In this document: positions 18,008 to 29,020 of the stretch, one piece after another
Layout: every line of letters starts with the position of its first letter
Position numbering within the stretch: position 1 is the stretch's first letter
IMG/VR virus record: IMGVR_UViG_3300033146_007470
Coordinates: 1-53,938 of that record
Strand: one strand, 5' to 3'
From: a virus
Taxonomy: Duplodnaviria; Caudoviricetes
DNA: 53,938 bases
Program-made: the position numbers and the translations under genes
The notes under the pieces: generated by a model
Seen by the model: only the letters and a program-made list of their open reading frames with translations
Database searches by the model: none
What the model was told of the DNA's origin: nothing

Positions 18008-18367
18008 ATGATACAAGTGAATGGTAAAACTTATAATGTTGGTAATGCTAATAATATTAGTATTACTAATGGAGTAGTAATTGTTGATGGTAAGGAATTA
18101 AATGATGGAGATGAATCAGTAACGGAATTGATTATTAAAGTTGATCAACCTATACAAATACTTGATTGTAGTCAGGATGTTACTATCCATGGTACAGTTA
18201 GGAAAGTAAATGCTTTTGGTAGTGTTAGCTGCGGTAGTGTTGAGGGTGATGTATCTGCTGGTGGGAGCGTAAGATGTGACGATATTGGAGGTAATGTTTC
18301 AGCTGATGGAAGTGTAAGATGTGATGATATAAATGGGAACGTTACAGCTGGTGGTTCTATCAAGTAG
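18008..18367 (+). CDS. hypothetical protein with beta-solenoid-like repeats
   Basis: Repeated GxVSAxGSVRCDD units. Confidence 0.75.
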   Translation: MIQVNGKTYNVGNANNISITNGVVIVDGKELNDGDESVTELIIKVDQPIQILDCSQDVTIHGTVRKVNAFGSVSCGSVEGDVSAGGSVRCDDIGGNVSADGSVRCDDINGNVTAGGSIK

Positions 18368-18413
18368 TTTTGGACAATACAGAAAATATGGTATAATTAT
18401 ATATAAACAAATC

Positions 18414-18445
18414 GGGTCTATAGCCAAATGGTGAAGGCACTTTAT
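18414..18445 (+). pseudogene. orphan tRNA 5' half
   Basis: GGGTCTA-TA-GCC-AAATGGTGAA-GGC-A directly after a promoter and before the endonuclease cassette. Confidence 0.65.
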
Positions 18446-18510
18446 TTAATGTACTAGAAAATAGTACAAATCCATTTAACGCCATAAGATAATATAAAGG
18501 AGATTATCTT

Positions 18511-19305
18511 ATGTACAATTGTGATATTTGCGGAGAGCAATTTGAAATTCGACAAGCTAAAGCTTCACACATGTGGCATGCTCATGGATCAGAAAAAAAG
18601 AAAAAGGAAGTTAGAATTAATCAATCTATACTTTCGTCTTTAGAACATGTTGACATAACTAAACAATGTGAAAAATGTGGTAATGATTTTGAAGTTAAAC
18701 GTACTTTAAATAAAGATGGAACACAACGAATTAGTAAAAAGGAAAGGAGATTTTGTTCATATAAATGTAGTAATAGTCATGTTCAAACAGAGGAAACAAA
18801 TAAAAAAAGATCAATGTCTATGACAAAAGAAAAACCTGTATGTAAAGTATGTGGTAAAAAATTAAGGAAAAAGAATAAACATGGATATTGTCAAAAATGT
18901 TGGTTTAAATCACCTGAATTTTTAATAGCAAACAAAAAAATGTCAGAAAAACTAAAAGGAAAATCTAAATCAGGAAATACAAAACGTTCTAAAAATGAAA
19001 TTCTTTTTCATGATTTATGTAAAGACCATTTTAATAATGTTAAACATAATGAGCCAGTTTTTAATGGTTGGGATGCTGATGTTATTATAGAAGATATTAA
19101 AACAGCTGTTCTTTGGAATGGCAAGTGGCATTATGAGAAAATAATGGAAGGTCATTCGCTAAAACAGGTTCAAAATAGAGATAGATTAAAATTGATAGAA
19201 ATAAAAAAGTTAGGGTGGGAAGCATATATAATAAAAGATATGGGTAAATACAATCCTGTATTTGTAAAAGAAAAATTTGATGAGTTCATTAGCACGCTCC
19301 AGTAG
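18511..19305 (+). CDS. zinc-finger + PD-(D/E)XK/Vsr-like putative homing endonuclease
   Basis: CxxC fingers; RSKNE...WDADVII...VLWNGKWHY...RD; stop codon lies inside tRNA-Ile. Confidence 0.85.
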   Translation: MYNCDICGEQFEIRQAKASHMWHAHGSEKKKKEVRINQSILSSLEHVDITKQCEKCGNDFEVKRTLNKDGTQRISKKERRFCSYKCSNSHVQTEETNKKRSMSMTKEKPVCKVCGKKLRKKNKHGYCQKCWFKSPEFLIANKKMSEKLKGKSKSGNTKRSKNEILFHDLCKDHFNNVKHNEPVFNGWDADVIIEDIKTAVLWNGKWHYEKIMEGHSLKQVQNRDRLKLIEIKKLGWEAYIIKDMGKYNPVFVKEKFDEFISTLQ

Positions 19306-19369
19306 CTCAGTTGGTCAGAGCAGCATCCTTATAAGGTGAAGGCCGAAAGTTCAATTCTTTCCTGGAGTA
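19296..19369 (+). tRNA. tRNA-Ile(TAT)
   Basis: GCTCCAG/CTGGAGT; CATC-CTTATAA-GGTG; GAAAG-TTCAATT-CTTTC. Confidence 0.9.
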
Positions 19370-19430
19370 TATTTGGTCCTTGTGGACCCAAACAGGATTT
19401 TATCCTGAATAAATTTTTAAAGGTGTGTGT

Positions 19431-19811
19431 ATGAAAAAAATTTTATTTATGTTACTTTTAGTGTTAGTAATATTTGCTATGGTGAGTTGTAGTTCTGACG
19501 CTTATGTCGTATCAAGTAATCTCTCAAAAGCTGCTGATTCATTTGAGATTTATCGAAGAGTTGTATTCTACAATGGTATTACAGATACTTATATCCTCTC
19601 AATTGAAGGTTATAGTTCTGTAGGATTTTTTGACGATAAATTTGTTGTAACAGTGAAAACAGATGATGGTACTTTCCTTAAACATTATCTTGGAAGAGCT
19701 GATAATGTTTTCCCTTTTGTAGAACAGCTTGATAGTGTTGCTGTGAGTGATAGACATTATAGAGTTATATTTAAACCTTCTACAATTGTACCGAATATAG
19801 ACCTTCAGTAA
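19431..19811 (+). CDS. phage lipoprotein
   Basis: Lipobox AMVSC; NLSKAADSFEIYRRVVFYNGITD motif seen in many phages. Confidence 0.8.
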   Translation: MKKILFMLLLVLVIFAMVSCSSDAYVVSSNLSKAADSFEIYRRVVFYNGITDTYILSIEGYSSVGFFDDKFVVTVKTDDGTFLKHYLGRADNVFPFVEQLDSVAVSDRHYRVIFKPSTIVPNIDLQ

Positions 19812-19840
19812 TTTCATGAGCCCTTCGGGGCTCAAAACAC

Positions 19841-19966
19841 GGCGGAGTATCCCAATGGCTGAAGAGAATACCGGTTAGTACTTCAGTTGCTAATTCACTT
19901 ACAGAAAGTGAATAAATTATGCGGGACGGAAGCAAACAAGTTGATTCGAATTCAACACTCGCGCCA
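19841..19966 (+). ncRNA. tRNA-like RNA with a ~50-nt structured insert in the anticodon arm
   Basis: GGCG-GAGT/ACTC-G-CGCC acceptor ending in CCA; Leu-like D arm; T arm GTTGA-TTCGAAT-TCAAC. Confidence 0.65.
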
Positions 19967-20045
19967 TTTTGAACGATTAAGAAAATATGGTATAATTATT
20001 ATAGTAATTGAAAATATAATTATTATTATTATAAGAGGTGAGTGA

Positions 20046-21390
20046 ATGGATATAGATGATTTAACTTTGAAAGCATTAACAATAAGAACAGATCTTTTAA
20101 AAGGTGATGAGAAAGAAGCTGGCTTTAAAGCTGCAGAGTTACAAACTGCTCTTGAGAAGTTAGATGATGAAGGTTACATTCTAGTTAAAAAAGATGAACT
20201 TTTAATTCTAGCAAAAAGTGATTGGGGTAATTGGGAAGATTCATCCTACCCTATACTTGAACAACTTGGTGTTGATACTTCGGAGAGATTATGATACCTA
20301 ATAGAGTAATTGTTGATTATCATGGACAAGCAGTACCTTGCGAAATTGCTGAGAAGAGATATTACATTACATATGATATCGCGTTTAAAAGAAAGGACGG
20401 CTGGATATTAGGTGCATCAGAAGAGCATGAAGATATAGCATATGAAATGTGGAAAGATGAATGGGTTGCTTATTATAGAAGAATTGATGGTGAATGGATG
20501 GAGATTAAATATTATGAGTAAATGGCCAGATTTTAAAACATGGAAGATTCATATGGAGAAGAGAGAAGATTTCAACACTGTTATGGATTGGAAGGAAGAA
20601 AGAGAGAAGTTTAAAGTTATTGATGTAGGACATTCTGATATGTGTTTCGTATTTGATAATGAAGAGAATATGGAAGATTTTCTTGGAATGATTATAATGA
20701 ATCATATGCATGTAAAGATGGAGGAAGTATGATTATTAGTGAGATAATGAAACAAATTCAAGTTACATTAGATGCTTTACAGAATATAACATTTCAAGTA
20801 AAAGGTATGGTTGCTATTATGCATAGAATAGCAGAAAATGATTATCAGAAAGAAGTAGTTGATACTGGTATGATTGAGCTAGAAGATAAAAGTAAAGAAG
20901 ATTGGATTAAAAATAGATTTGATTATTACCTATCTGAGGAGTTTATGAATGATTAAACCAATGCCTCCAATAGGAAGAATAATGATAGAAGGACCATTTC
21001 AGAAAAAAAAGAACAAAGAGTTAATGACGCTTTTTTCTTGAGACATTTAGCTTCACACTTTGAGAATAATTGCATACTTTATAATGAAGCAGTAAAGTTG
21101 AAAGAAATTGCGGATAGATTAGAAAATAAAAATAAAACACATAGAGGAGATACATTATGTTAGTGAAGTATGTTAGGGATAGTAAAAGACGACCTGTAGG
21201 AATTGTTGTGGCAACTGGTAAGTATAAGGTTGGTTGGTCCTTATGTAACGGCAAGGACAAATGGAATAAAGAAGTTGGTCTTTCATTAGCGGCTGGTAGA
21301 GCTGCATTACCTAAGAGTTTGGTTCCTGCCCAGACTGTTTCTAAGGCTGTTGCTAAAATGAAACAGAAAGCTTCTGAATTTTACAAATAA
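20046..21390 (+). CDS. run of small hypothetical ORFs
   Basis: ORF track; overlapping stop/start codons downstream of the promoter at ~19968. Confidence 0.6.
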
Positions 21391-21419
21391 AATCATGCCA
21401 GAGATTATTCTGGCAATAT

Positions 21420-21491
21420 GGACGATTGACAGACTGGCTTATGTGCCGGGCTCTTAACCCGGATAAGTGGGTTCGATTCCCGCATCGTTCA
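21420..21491 (+). tRNA. tRNA-Lys(CTT)
   Basis: GGACGAT/ATCGTTC; CCGGG-CTCTTAA-CCCGG. Confidence 0.92.
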
Positions 21492-21607
21492 CTAAATTGA
21501 AGAGGATCCACTCACTATTAATAAAGTTTTTAATAGTATGATTGGGAAGTATAGTTTTGAAAAGGAAGTTTTTTCCAATTATAATAAATCTTGGTAGAGG
21601 AGAATAT

Positions 21608-22024
21608 GTGTTAGACTATACAGATGAAATGTTTAAGAAAAGTGAATATGAAGATATTCATAAACCTAAATTAGTAAAAACTATTGAGCAACTTATAACT
21701 TTGGCTCAGAAATCTCGAAGAGAAGGTCTTCTTTCACTTGAAGAAATCTTTGATGAAGAAAAAGATGAATTTAGAAAAATGATTGGTATGTTTGTGGTAG
21801 ACGGAATTGATTATGATGTTAGATTTATTTTTGGTATGAATATAATTCGTACCACAAAAATTATAGGTTTTGAATTACGAGATATGATGCTTTGGAATAA
21901 AGGTATGGCAATGATTGCAGAAGGTCATCACCCATGGATTATAACACATATATTGTATAGTATGATTGGGGAACTTAAATATGATGGTGGATTTTTTGAA
22001 GCGACAAGGGAAAAATTAATATAA
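21608..22024 (+). CDS. soluble MotA cytoplasmic-domain-like protein
   Basis: LAQKSRREGLLSLEE...DEF....G..VVDG.D and GMAMIAEGHHP match MotA cytoplasmic segments; TM helices absent. Confidence 0.65.
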   Translation: MLDYTDEMFKKSEYEDIHKPKLVKTIEQLITLAQKSRREGLLSLEEIFDEEKDEFRKMIGMFVVDGIDYDVRFIFGMNIIRTTKIIGFELRDMMLWNKGMAMIAEGHHPWIITHILYSMIGELKYDGGFFEATREKLI

Positions 22025-22042
22025 TTAATTAAAGGAGAAAAT

Positions 22043-22354
22043 ATGAAAAAGGAAGTATTTGTTGCTATAGTAAATGCTATTAAGGCTCAAAGAGAACACG
22101 ATAATAAAATGAATGAAAAATTGGGTGATGTGTTTGAAGAATTTGATGGCTGGTATAATACTGATATTGCTATAACACCTATTGAAGATGCTTTAGAGGT
22201 TGAATTTGGAGATGAGAAGGAAGGCTTGATTTCTTATTTTATGTATGATCTTAATTATGGTGAAGATATTCCCGAAGATGGTACAAAGTTGAGAGATGGT
22301 ACCGTCGTAGACATATCAACAGTTGAAAAATTGTATGACTATTTAGTAAAATGA
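22043..22354 (+). CDS. hypothetical phage protein
   Basis: ISYFMYDLNYG...ISTVEKLYDYL motif common in phages; SD AAGGAG. Confidence 0.75.
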   Translation: MKKEVFVAIVNAIKAQREHDNKMNEKLGDVFEEFDGWYNTDIAITPIEDALEVEFGDEKEGLISYFMYDLNYGEDIPEDGTKLRDGTVVDISTVEKLYDYLVK

Positions 22355-22553
22355 GCTGGCCGATTTCAAATATAACCTGGGAAACAAATAGTTTGATATC
22401 AAGTTCTGGGGTATCTTTATTATTATATTATCATGATAAATATACCCTGAAAGAAGTTAAAGACTGGAATGGTAATATTTATGATGAGAATACTCCAGAA
22501 TGGAAAGAAGCAAAACTTTATGTTGGAAAGAAAACTGTTAAGGATGCACAAAA

Positions 22554-23216
22554 ATGGTTAAGTTCGCATTAAAGAGAGGTACATACTCAGATGTAGAAAC
22601 AAAAGCATTGGCTATACATGCTGCATTAACACGTGAAATAGAATTACATTATTTTAATAGAGCGATTGACGTTCCTGAGGATTATATTCCCCAGGGCGAT
22701 ATTGGGTGGGTAACTTCTGTTTTGGGATTCGTCCCACGGCCGGATCATTATCCACCCTTTTTATTACACCTCTTATATAGAAAGATATGGAAAGCAGAAA
22801 AATGGCCTATGGAAAAAGGAATATTTATTAAACCTTATGATAAGCCTAAACGTTTTTCTGCAAGAATAACTACTGGTACTTATAAGGGTAAGAAAAAGGG
22901 ACCATATTGGTGTTCTGAAAAAGTAACTTTTATAAATGAATGGAGATATTATTTTGTAGAAGGGAAACAAGTATATGCTGGATGGTATATTGGGAATGAT
23001 GAAGATCAAGAGCCTCCAGAATTAAATATAGATATTCCTAAAGATTGGTGTGGGTGTATAGATATGGGTTTCCTTTCTACTGGTGAATTTGCTCTTGTAG
23101 AATGCAACTCTCCTTACGCAGTGGGATGGTACGGGAGCCTAAACAATGCTTCTATATACGTCGACTTCCTTATTAAAGGATGGGCATATTTAAAACGAGG
23201 GAAACAAAATGATTGA
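22554..23216 (+). CDS. ATP-grasp domain protein (DUF4343-like)
   Basis: FIKP...KRF, SE.V.F..EWR, IDMG....ALVECN. Confidence 0.75.
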   Translation: MVKFALKRGTYSDVETKALAIHAALTREIELHYFNRAIDVPEDYIPQGDIGWVTSVLGFVPRPDHYPPFLLHLLYRKIWKAEKWPMEKGIFIKPYDKPKRFSARITTGTYKGKKKGPYWCSEKVTFINEWRYYFVEGKQVYAGWYIGNDEDQEPPELNIDIPKDWCGCIDMGFLSTGEFALVECNSPYAVGWYGSLNNASIYVDFLIKGWAYLKRGKQND

Positions 23217-23694
23217 TTCAGTATTATTAGATGATAGTGGAATAGCTAAGGCTCTTTTAATAAATAAATTTACTTTCGAGTATAGCGGTAAAATAAGTGT
23301 TGCCAACCTGTTTAACTATTGGGATACGATAGTTTTAGAGCAGAAGAATGGATATAAATTAAATTTCTTCACACGTTTAGATGAGATTGCCAGTAATTAC
23401 AATAATAAATTATCTATAAGCTATTGGATTACAAAGGTGAGAAAGACTGCGGAGGAATTGATAGAACATAATATGCTTGCTGCAGATGGGTACCTTAGCT
23501 TAAATATTAGCGAGAGGGAAATACGTTATTCTGAATATACATCCGATACTGATTATACTACAAATTTTAAAATTGGTGGCCATAACCTGCTTGAAGAATT
23601 AAAAAATCATACAGGAGAATACCTTTATATTCTTATAGATGTTAAATGATTTTGGACATTCCCCATATATGATATAATATAAGCATCGGGGGAA

Positions 23695-24401
23695 ATGATG
23701 TTTAATATAAAAACTAAAACTGCAGACTACATGTCAATCGTTGTTACACATGAGTGTAATAAGAAATGCGCTTTCTGTGTTGATCAATATCGTGGTAGGA
23801 ATGAATATATAACATTGAAAAGTGTATATAATGCATTAGATATCGCTAAACTTGATAATATAAAAGACATTCTTCTTGTCGGTGGAGAACCTACACTTCA
23901 TCCTAAAATTGTAGAGATTGCAAGAATTGTTAAGTCTTATGGATTTAATACCATACTAACCACAAACTATAAAAAGCCTGAAGTTATGAAAGCTTTGGAT
24001 ATGTATGTTGATTCGTTTAATATTTCATATTATAATCAGAAGGAATTACCTAAACAGAAAAACTTCAAAGCTGATCTTACTTTAAGTGCTCTTATAACAA
24101 AACAGCAATTATCGACTCAAAACGAATTGGATTCGTTTATTGATACGTATAAGAATGATTTAAACCTTAAGTTTTCAACTCTTACAATATGTAATGATTA
24201 TACTGCTAAGAATCAACAAGTTGATTATCTTGATGACATTGCAGAAAAAAAGTCATCCTCTTTGATGAAATTGAAGGTAATTTTTATCGAGGATACATTA
24301 TTAAAAGATATGATAGAGTAATAAATAAATACGCAAATCAATCTTATAAATGTCATGTTGATGGTGAAATATCTACATCATGGACAAGGAGTAATATATG
24401 A
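23695..24401 (+). CDS. radical SAM protein, frameshifted at an A7 run (24245-24251)
   Basis: CNKKCAFC and GGEPTLHP; the -1 frame continues to TGA at 24401. Confidence 0.8.
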
Positions 24402-24854
24402 GTTTTATGACAGTGAAAATTCTTTCAGTATTAGCAATTATACTCGTCGTAGAAGCATATTTACTTATAATTATAGTGAGGAAACGTAATGTTCAGGCCA
24501 AGACTGTATCAAATAGAAACTGAAGAAGAGTTATTTGAATATTTCTCTTCCCATGCTAAATTTATGCAAGAGGGAGATAGCCGGTGATACAGCAGAGTTG
24601 TATAAGAAGTTAAAGGATGAGTGAACTAAAGATATATTATTTAAAGTTCAAGAATTATTAGAGGAGGATTAAAAATGACAAAAAAGAGAATTAATTTATT
24701 AGGCTTCATCATTTCATTCATAATAATATTATGCGGTTTTGTCTATATTATAGGCGACTTTTGGATAGCTTTAGCTTTTACATTAACAGCATTATGTTTA
24801 GTAACAGGGTCTGTTTTTGCAGCACAAAGTATTACAGATAATTTATCAAAATAA

Positions 24855-25157
24855 ATGATAAAGAAATTATTTAAATATCATATTCGTGTTTATAACATTT
24901 ATCAAACATTTGGAGGAAGACCATTTGCAGCTAAAGAGTTATATGCCTTAGATATTCCTGGTTTAAATATTTCTGATATTGAATATAAAGGATATTTAGA
25001 AACAATATCTAGAAAAGAAGCAGAATATATGAGACCAGAAATAAAGGGGTGGATATCAGCTCCTTGGGTATTTAGACAGCTTACAGAGGAAGGCTTGCAA
25101 TTAGCTGAATATTTAGATTCTCATCCAGATATTATAGCTAAAAAATTATTGTTATAG
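24855..25157 (+). CDS. hypothetical protein
   Basis: ORF track; has a frameshifted paralogue at about 25937-26213. Confidence 0.6.
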   Translation: MIKKLFKYHIRVYNIYQTFGGRPFAAKELYALDIPGLNISDIEYKGYLETISRKEAEYMRPEIKGWISAPWVFRQLTEEGLQLAEYLDSHPDIIAKKLLL

Positions 25158-25412
25158 GAGAATTAAATTGGGAAAATTTATAGCAGGTATGGTTACTATT
25201 GTAGCTGTTACTTTTTTAGCAGGTTGGTTTCCAACTTTGGCTGTAAGCTTAACAGCAATCTTAATAGTTGGACTCTTTACAGTATTCAAATGAAAAGTAT
25301 AGTTACCATATTAACGATGATGGCTATATTAATAATTGCTATTAATTCGCCACCGGTTTTTGTAGGATTAATATTTATAGGTATTGCAGCCTATATTGTA
25401 TATAATAAATAA

Positions 25413-25492
25413 GGGTTATTAGTGTAATGGTTAGCATTGTGGGCAAAGGGTAAAGCTCCCCACAGGTTTGGGTTCGAGTCCCAATTAATCCA
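25413..25492 (+). ncRNA. tRNA-like RNA with a 15-nt anticodon loop
   Basis: GGGTTA/TAATCC acceptor, GTGT/GCAT D stem, GTGGG-N15-CCCAC, TTGGG-TTCGAGT-CCCAA. Confidence 0.75.
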
Positions 25493-25505
25493 TTAAGGAG
25501 TATTT

Positions 25506-25940
25506 ATGAACATTAACGAATTGAAAAAAAAGAAATTAACATTGCGTAAAACTGAACCTTTCCGTTCTGGAGTTTATAGTAATATACTTGATGGAGCAGG
25601 AAAAATTGCTAAGTTAGAAAATAGAAATATGGATGAAAAAGATATAATTTCTGCATGTAAAAAAAGTATTAAGAATCTTTCTTCAACTATTGAGTTAGTT
25701 AAGGAAGGCGATGTTGTAGATGCTTATAAAAAAGAAGTGGAAATTCTTAAAGAGTTCCTTCCTAATATGCTTTCTAATGAAAAAATGGAAACTATTATAG
25801 ATACTATTATTTATGAAATGTTGGAAGAAGAAAGAACTATGAAGAATATGGGTCGAGTAATTGGTCAAGTTAAAGCTAAATGTGGTGATACTGCTGATAT
25901 GTCTATGGTATCTAAGATGATCAAAGAGAAATTAAAATGA
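25506..25940 (+). CDS. GatB/YqeY domain protein
   Basis: EVEILKEFLP.ML...MKNMGRVIG.VKAK....ADMS.VS..IKEKL. Confidence 0.88.
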   Translation: MNINELKKKKLTLRKTEPFRSGVYSNILDGAGKIAKLENRNMDEKDIISACKKSIKNLSSTIELVKEGDVVDAYKKEVEILKEFLPNMLSNEKMETIIDTIIYEMLEEERTMKNMGRVIGQVKAKCGDTADMSMVSKMIKEKLK

Positions 25941-26209
25941 TTTATAAATACCATCTCAGACTATTTCATATCTATGAAAAGTTTAGTGATGGTGTTTTTT
26001 TTATGTAGATGAAGCTTTACGCTTCCTTAACAAAGTTGGAATAGGTGGTTCGACATCTGCCTTAAAACATTTGAGAAAAAATTTATTATGACTGTATATA
26101 ATGAAAATGATAATAGAAGACATTACCAAAAAATATCTAAAGCAGGTAAAGTAATTCTAGAAAGTATAACAGATGATATGATTGCAAAATATTATTTAAT
26201 GGAGGAAAA

Positions 26210-26600
26210 ATGAGTGATGCAGTAAAGTGTGGTAAATGTAATTATGTTTATTGGGTTCGAACATATGAAAATTGGGGTACTTGTACTAACTGTGGAGAAA
26301 ATATGGATCGATGGAAAGGAAAACCTCCAGAATTATGGGCTTCAGATGAAGCCTTAGGCTTTGCTAAAGACTCACTCTTAAAGAAAGCAGAAGAGGCAAT
26401 TAATGAGAGGAGTTGAATGTGGTAGATGTACATGGGTTTATGAAGCCCCAATAAATAGCTGGGGGAAGTGTCCCAAGTGTGGTGCAAATATGAATGTCTG
26501 GGGGGAAACTGATGAATTACCAGATTTTAATGATGATGTTCCTATAGGGATGTATGTTAAAGATCCACTTTTAAAAAAGGCAGAAGAAGCAATTGAATAA
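26210..26600 (+). CDS. two tandem paralogous zinc-ribbon mini-proteins
   Basis: Both carry CGxC...WGxCxxCGxNM...KDxLLKKAEEAI. Confidence 0.7.
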
Positions 26601-27099
26601 ATTTATTTTTCTATTTTTACTCACCTCTTTTACTCTCTACTCTCAGATTATAAATATAACTACAGAAGATACAACCTCATGGTATAAAACACAATTAGGG
26701 ACGAAATATAATAATAGTGGTGCAACATGTATTGCTATGATCATAGATAGATGGGGACCCAATATATCTCCAGAGACAGTACAGACTCAAATATCATCAC
26801 GTGGAAAGAATGCAAACTTTGACGAGCTTTTAAGGATTTTATCTCTTTATGGTATAAAACATTATTACCTTCAAAGATTAGGAACTTGGGACGGCAGAGG
26901 TATTGTACTTATTCTTGTTGATACTATGGATATATCTAATACAGGATATGAGAGGGAGAAAGAACAATATATGATTGTTATCGGGCAGACTGAGAACAGT
27001 TTTATAGTTAATGACCCCATGGCTGGTAGTGCTATCAGATATTATAATAGGGAGGAAATTTTAGTATCAAGATTTAGATATGCCATCTGGATTCCTTGA
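26593..27099 (+). CDS. secreted peptidase C39-like protein
   Basis: Signal peptide; Q...GATCIAM; YMIVIG....FIVNDP (catalytic His position reads Gln). Confidence 0.6.
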   Translation: MNKFIFLFLLTSFTLYSQIINITTEDTTSWYKTQLGTKYNNSGATCIAMIIDRWGPNISPETVQTQISSRGKNANFDELLRILSLYGIKHYYLQRLGTWDGRGIVLILVDTMDISNTGYEREKEQYMIVIGQTENSFIVNDPMAGSAIRYYNREEILVSRFRYAIWIP

Positions 27100-27575
27100 T
27101 AAAAAGCATATTTAATATTATGAAAGAGCGTAGGAAATATTATTGCGCGTATTGTAAAGAACCTCTAGACACACAAACTGATATAATTAGATTTCATAAG
27201 AATGAGATTTATCATTTAGATTGTTATACTGCACATATCAATAAAGATAACGATTTTGAAAGTTATCCATGTCCTAAATGTTATACTACAGGTAAATCAT
27301 GGATTAAGAGTAAAGATGTATGGATTAAATGTAGATTGTGTAAGGGAAAAGGATACTTAATAATTGAAGATTGTGTAAGGGAAAAGGATACTTAATAATT
27401 GAAGATGCCAGAACATAAAAAAGTAAAATATCTTCTCTTAGATATTGAACCTGAATGCGGAGAATGTATTTATTATCATAGAATAATGCAAAAACATTAT
27501 GATACATGTGAATGTACAAAAAGGAATATAGAAGTTACGTATTTTGATGAAGCATGTAATAAATTTAAAAGCAAG

Positions 27576-27611
27576 AGAGGAATAAGAGGAATAAGAGGAA
27601 TAAGAGGAATA
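27576..27611. repeat. 9-bp tandem repeat AGAGGAATA x4
   Basis: Encodes RGI x4 at the end of ORF 27399-27620. Confidence 0.9.
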
Positions 27612-28203
27612 TGGGAATAGCAGTAAGTCATGGTGAAGCAAGTTGATCTTATAGTGAGTTTATGACTTTCAGAACAAAGATTGCAAACACATGTGGTCTT
27701 CCAGGTGATTTAAAGGATGCGTATCGTGATGGCTCATATAAATTTCTCATTAACGACCCAATTTACGCATTGATAGATCATTCAGATTGCGACGGCAGCT
27801 TCTCAGTGGAAGAAATGAAAACAATCGTTCCACGTTTAAAGGAAATTATTCATCAATGGAGTAACGAAGTTTATTCGGGTTGCGATATACTGAATGGGAC
27901 AGTATTAGTTAAAGGTATGGAAGAAGCAATATCTTTAAACGAAGAATTAGAGTTTCACTAATGAATAAAAATGAAATAGTAAAAAATATTCTTCTTGAAA
28001 AGATTTGCGATACATGTAAGCGCAAATTTTCTTCAGCATGTAAACAGGCCTAAAGAATATACATGTCAATTTTGGGAAGAGTTTAAGAAAATAAAAGTTG
28101 TGAGATTAGGATATCCAAATGTAATGAGAGATAATATTAAACCTATTAATTATGATCCTATAGAAATAAAAATAAATATGGAATTTAATAAAGTGGAGAA
28201 TAA

Positions 28204-28701
28204 ATGAAGGAATTTATATCAGAAGAGAAAATTAAAGAGGAAGTTAAAACCCTCGCAAGTAGGATAAGTCAAAATTATGAATCAATTCATATAATTGGTT
28301 TGTTAAAAGGTTCGTTTGTATTTATGGCAGATTTAATAAGGGAGTTGACTATTCCCTGTACTATGGATTTTATGTCCGTTACATCATATGAAGGTACAGA
28401 ATCAACCGGAGAAATTAAAATTCTTAAAGAATTAAATGATTCTATTTATAATAAAGATGTATTAATAGTTGAGGATATTGTTGACACTGGCCAGACGTTA
28501 AGATCTATCATCGACCTCTTAAATACCAAGAATCCAAAATCATTAGAAGTATGTACTCTCCTCGATAAACCATCAAAACGAACTGTACCTGTTGAAGTGA
28601 AATATATTGGTATAGAAATTGAAGACAAATTTGTTGTGGGGTACGGGATAGATTTTAACCAAGATTATCGTTTTCTCCCTTATATAGGAGTTGTTGAATG
28701 A
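28204..28701 (+). CDS. hpt: hypoxanthine phosphoribosyltransferase
   Basis: LLKGSFVFMADL, VLIVEDIVDTG, LLDKPS.R, FVVGYGID..YR.LPYI. Confidence 0.96.
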   Translation: MKEFISEEKIKEEVKTLASRISQNYESIHIIGLLKGSFVFMADLIRELTIPCTMDFMSVTSYEGTESTGEIKILKELNDSIYNKDVLIVEDIVDTGQTLRSIIDLLNTKNPKSLEVCTLLDKPSKRTVPVEVKYIGIEIEDKFVVGYGIDFNQDYRFLPYIGVVE

Positions 28702-29020
28702 GTTTTGAAGTAGAAAATTTACACGATTTAACAGCATTTCATGATATAATAGATTTAAGTATTGCTCATGCTAGACATATAATATCTAATTTCAATGACG
28801 TTGCTTCTTATGTTGGTGAAGGACTTACTGATATAAAACATTATATGGATACATGCGATAACAGTTCTACTCTTCTGACTACATTTAAATTAGAAGGAAA
28901 AACTATGTTTGATGTAGTTGAAGTAATAAAAGAGAAGAGAAACTGTTTGTTAATACGAGAAGAATATGTTAAAAATGGAAGACATGGTTTTTACTTTGAT
29001 TACGAATATAAGGATAATGA

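Noticed and set aside
24241-24401. Programmed -1 frameshift at A-AAA-AAG in the radical SAM gene
   Set aside because: The slippery heptamer is present, but similar breaks at homopolymers occur elsewhere (about 16657, 25995, 32968), so an indel error or decay is equally likely.
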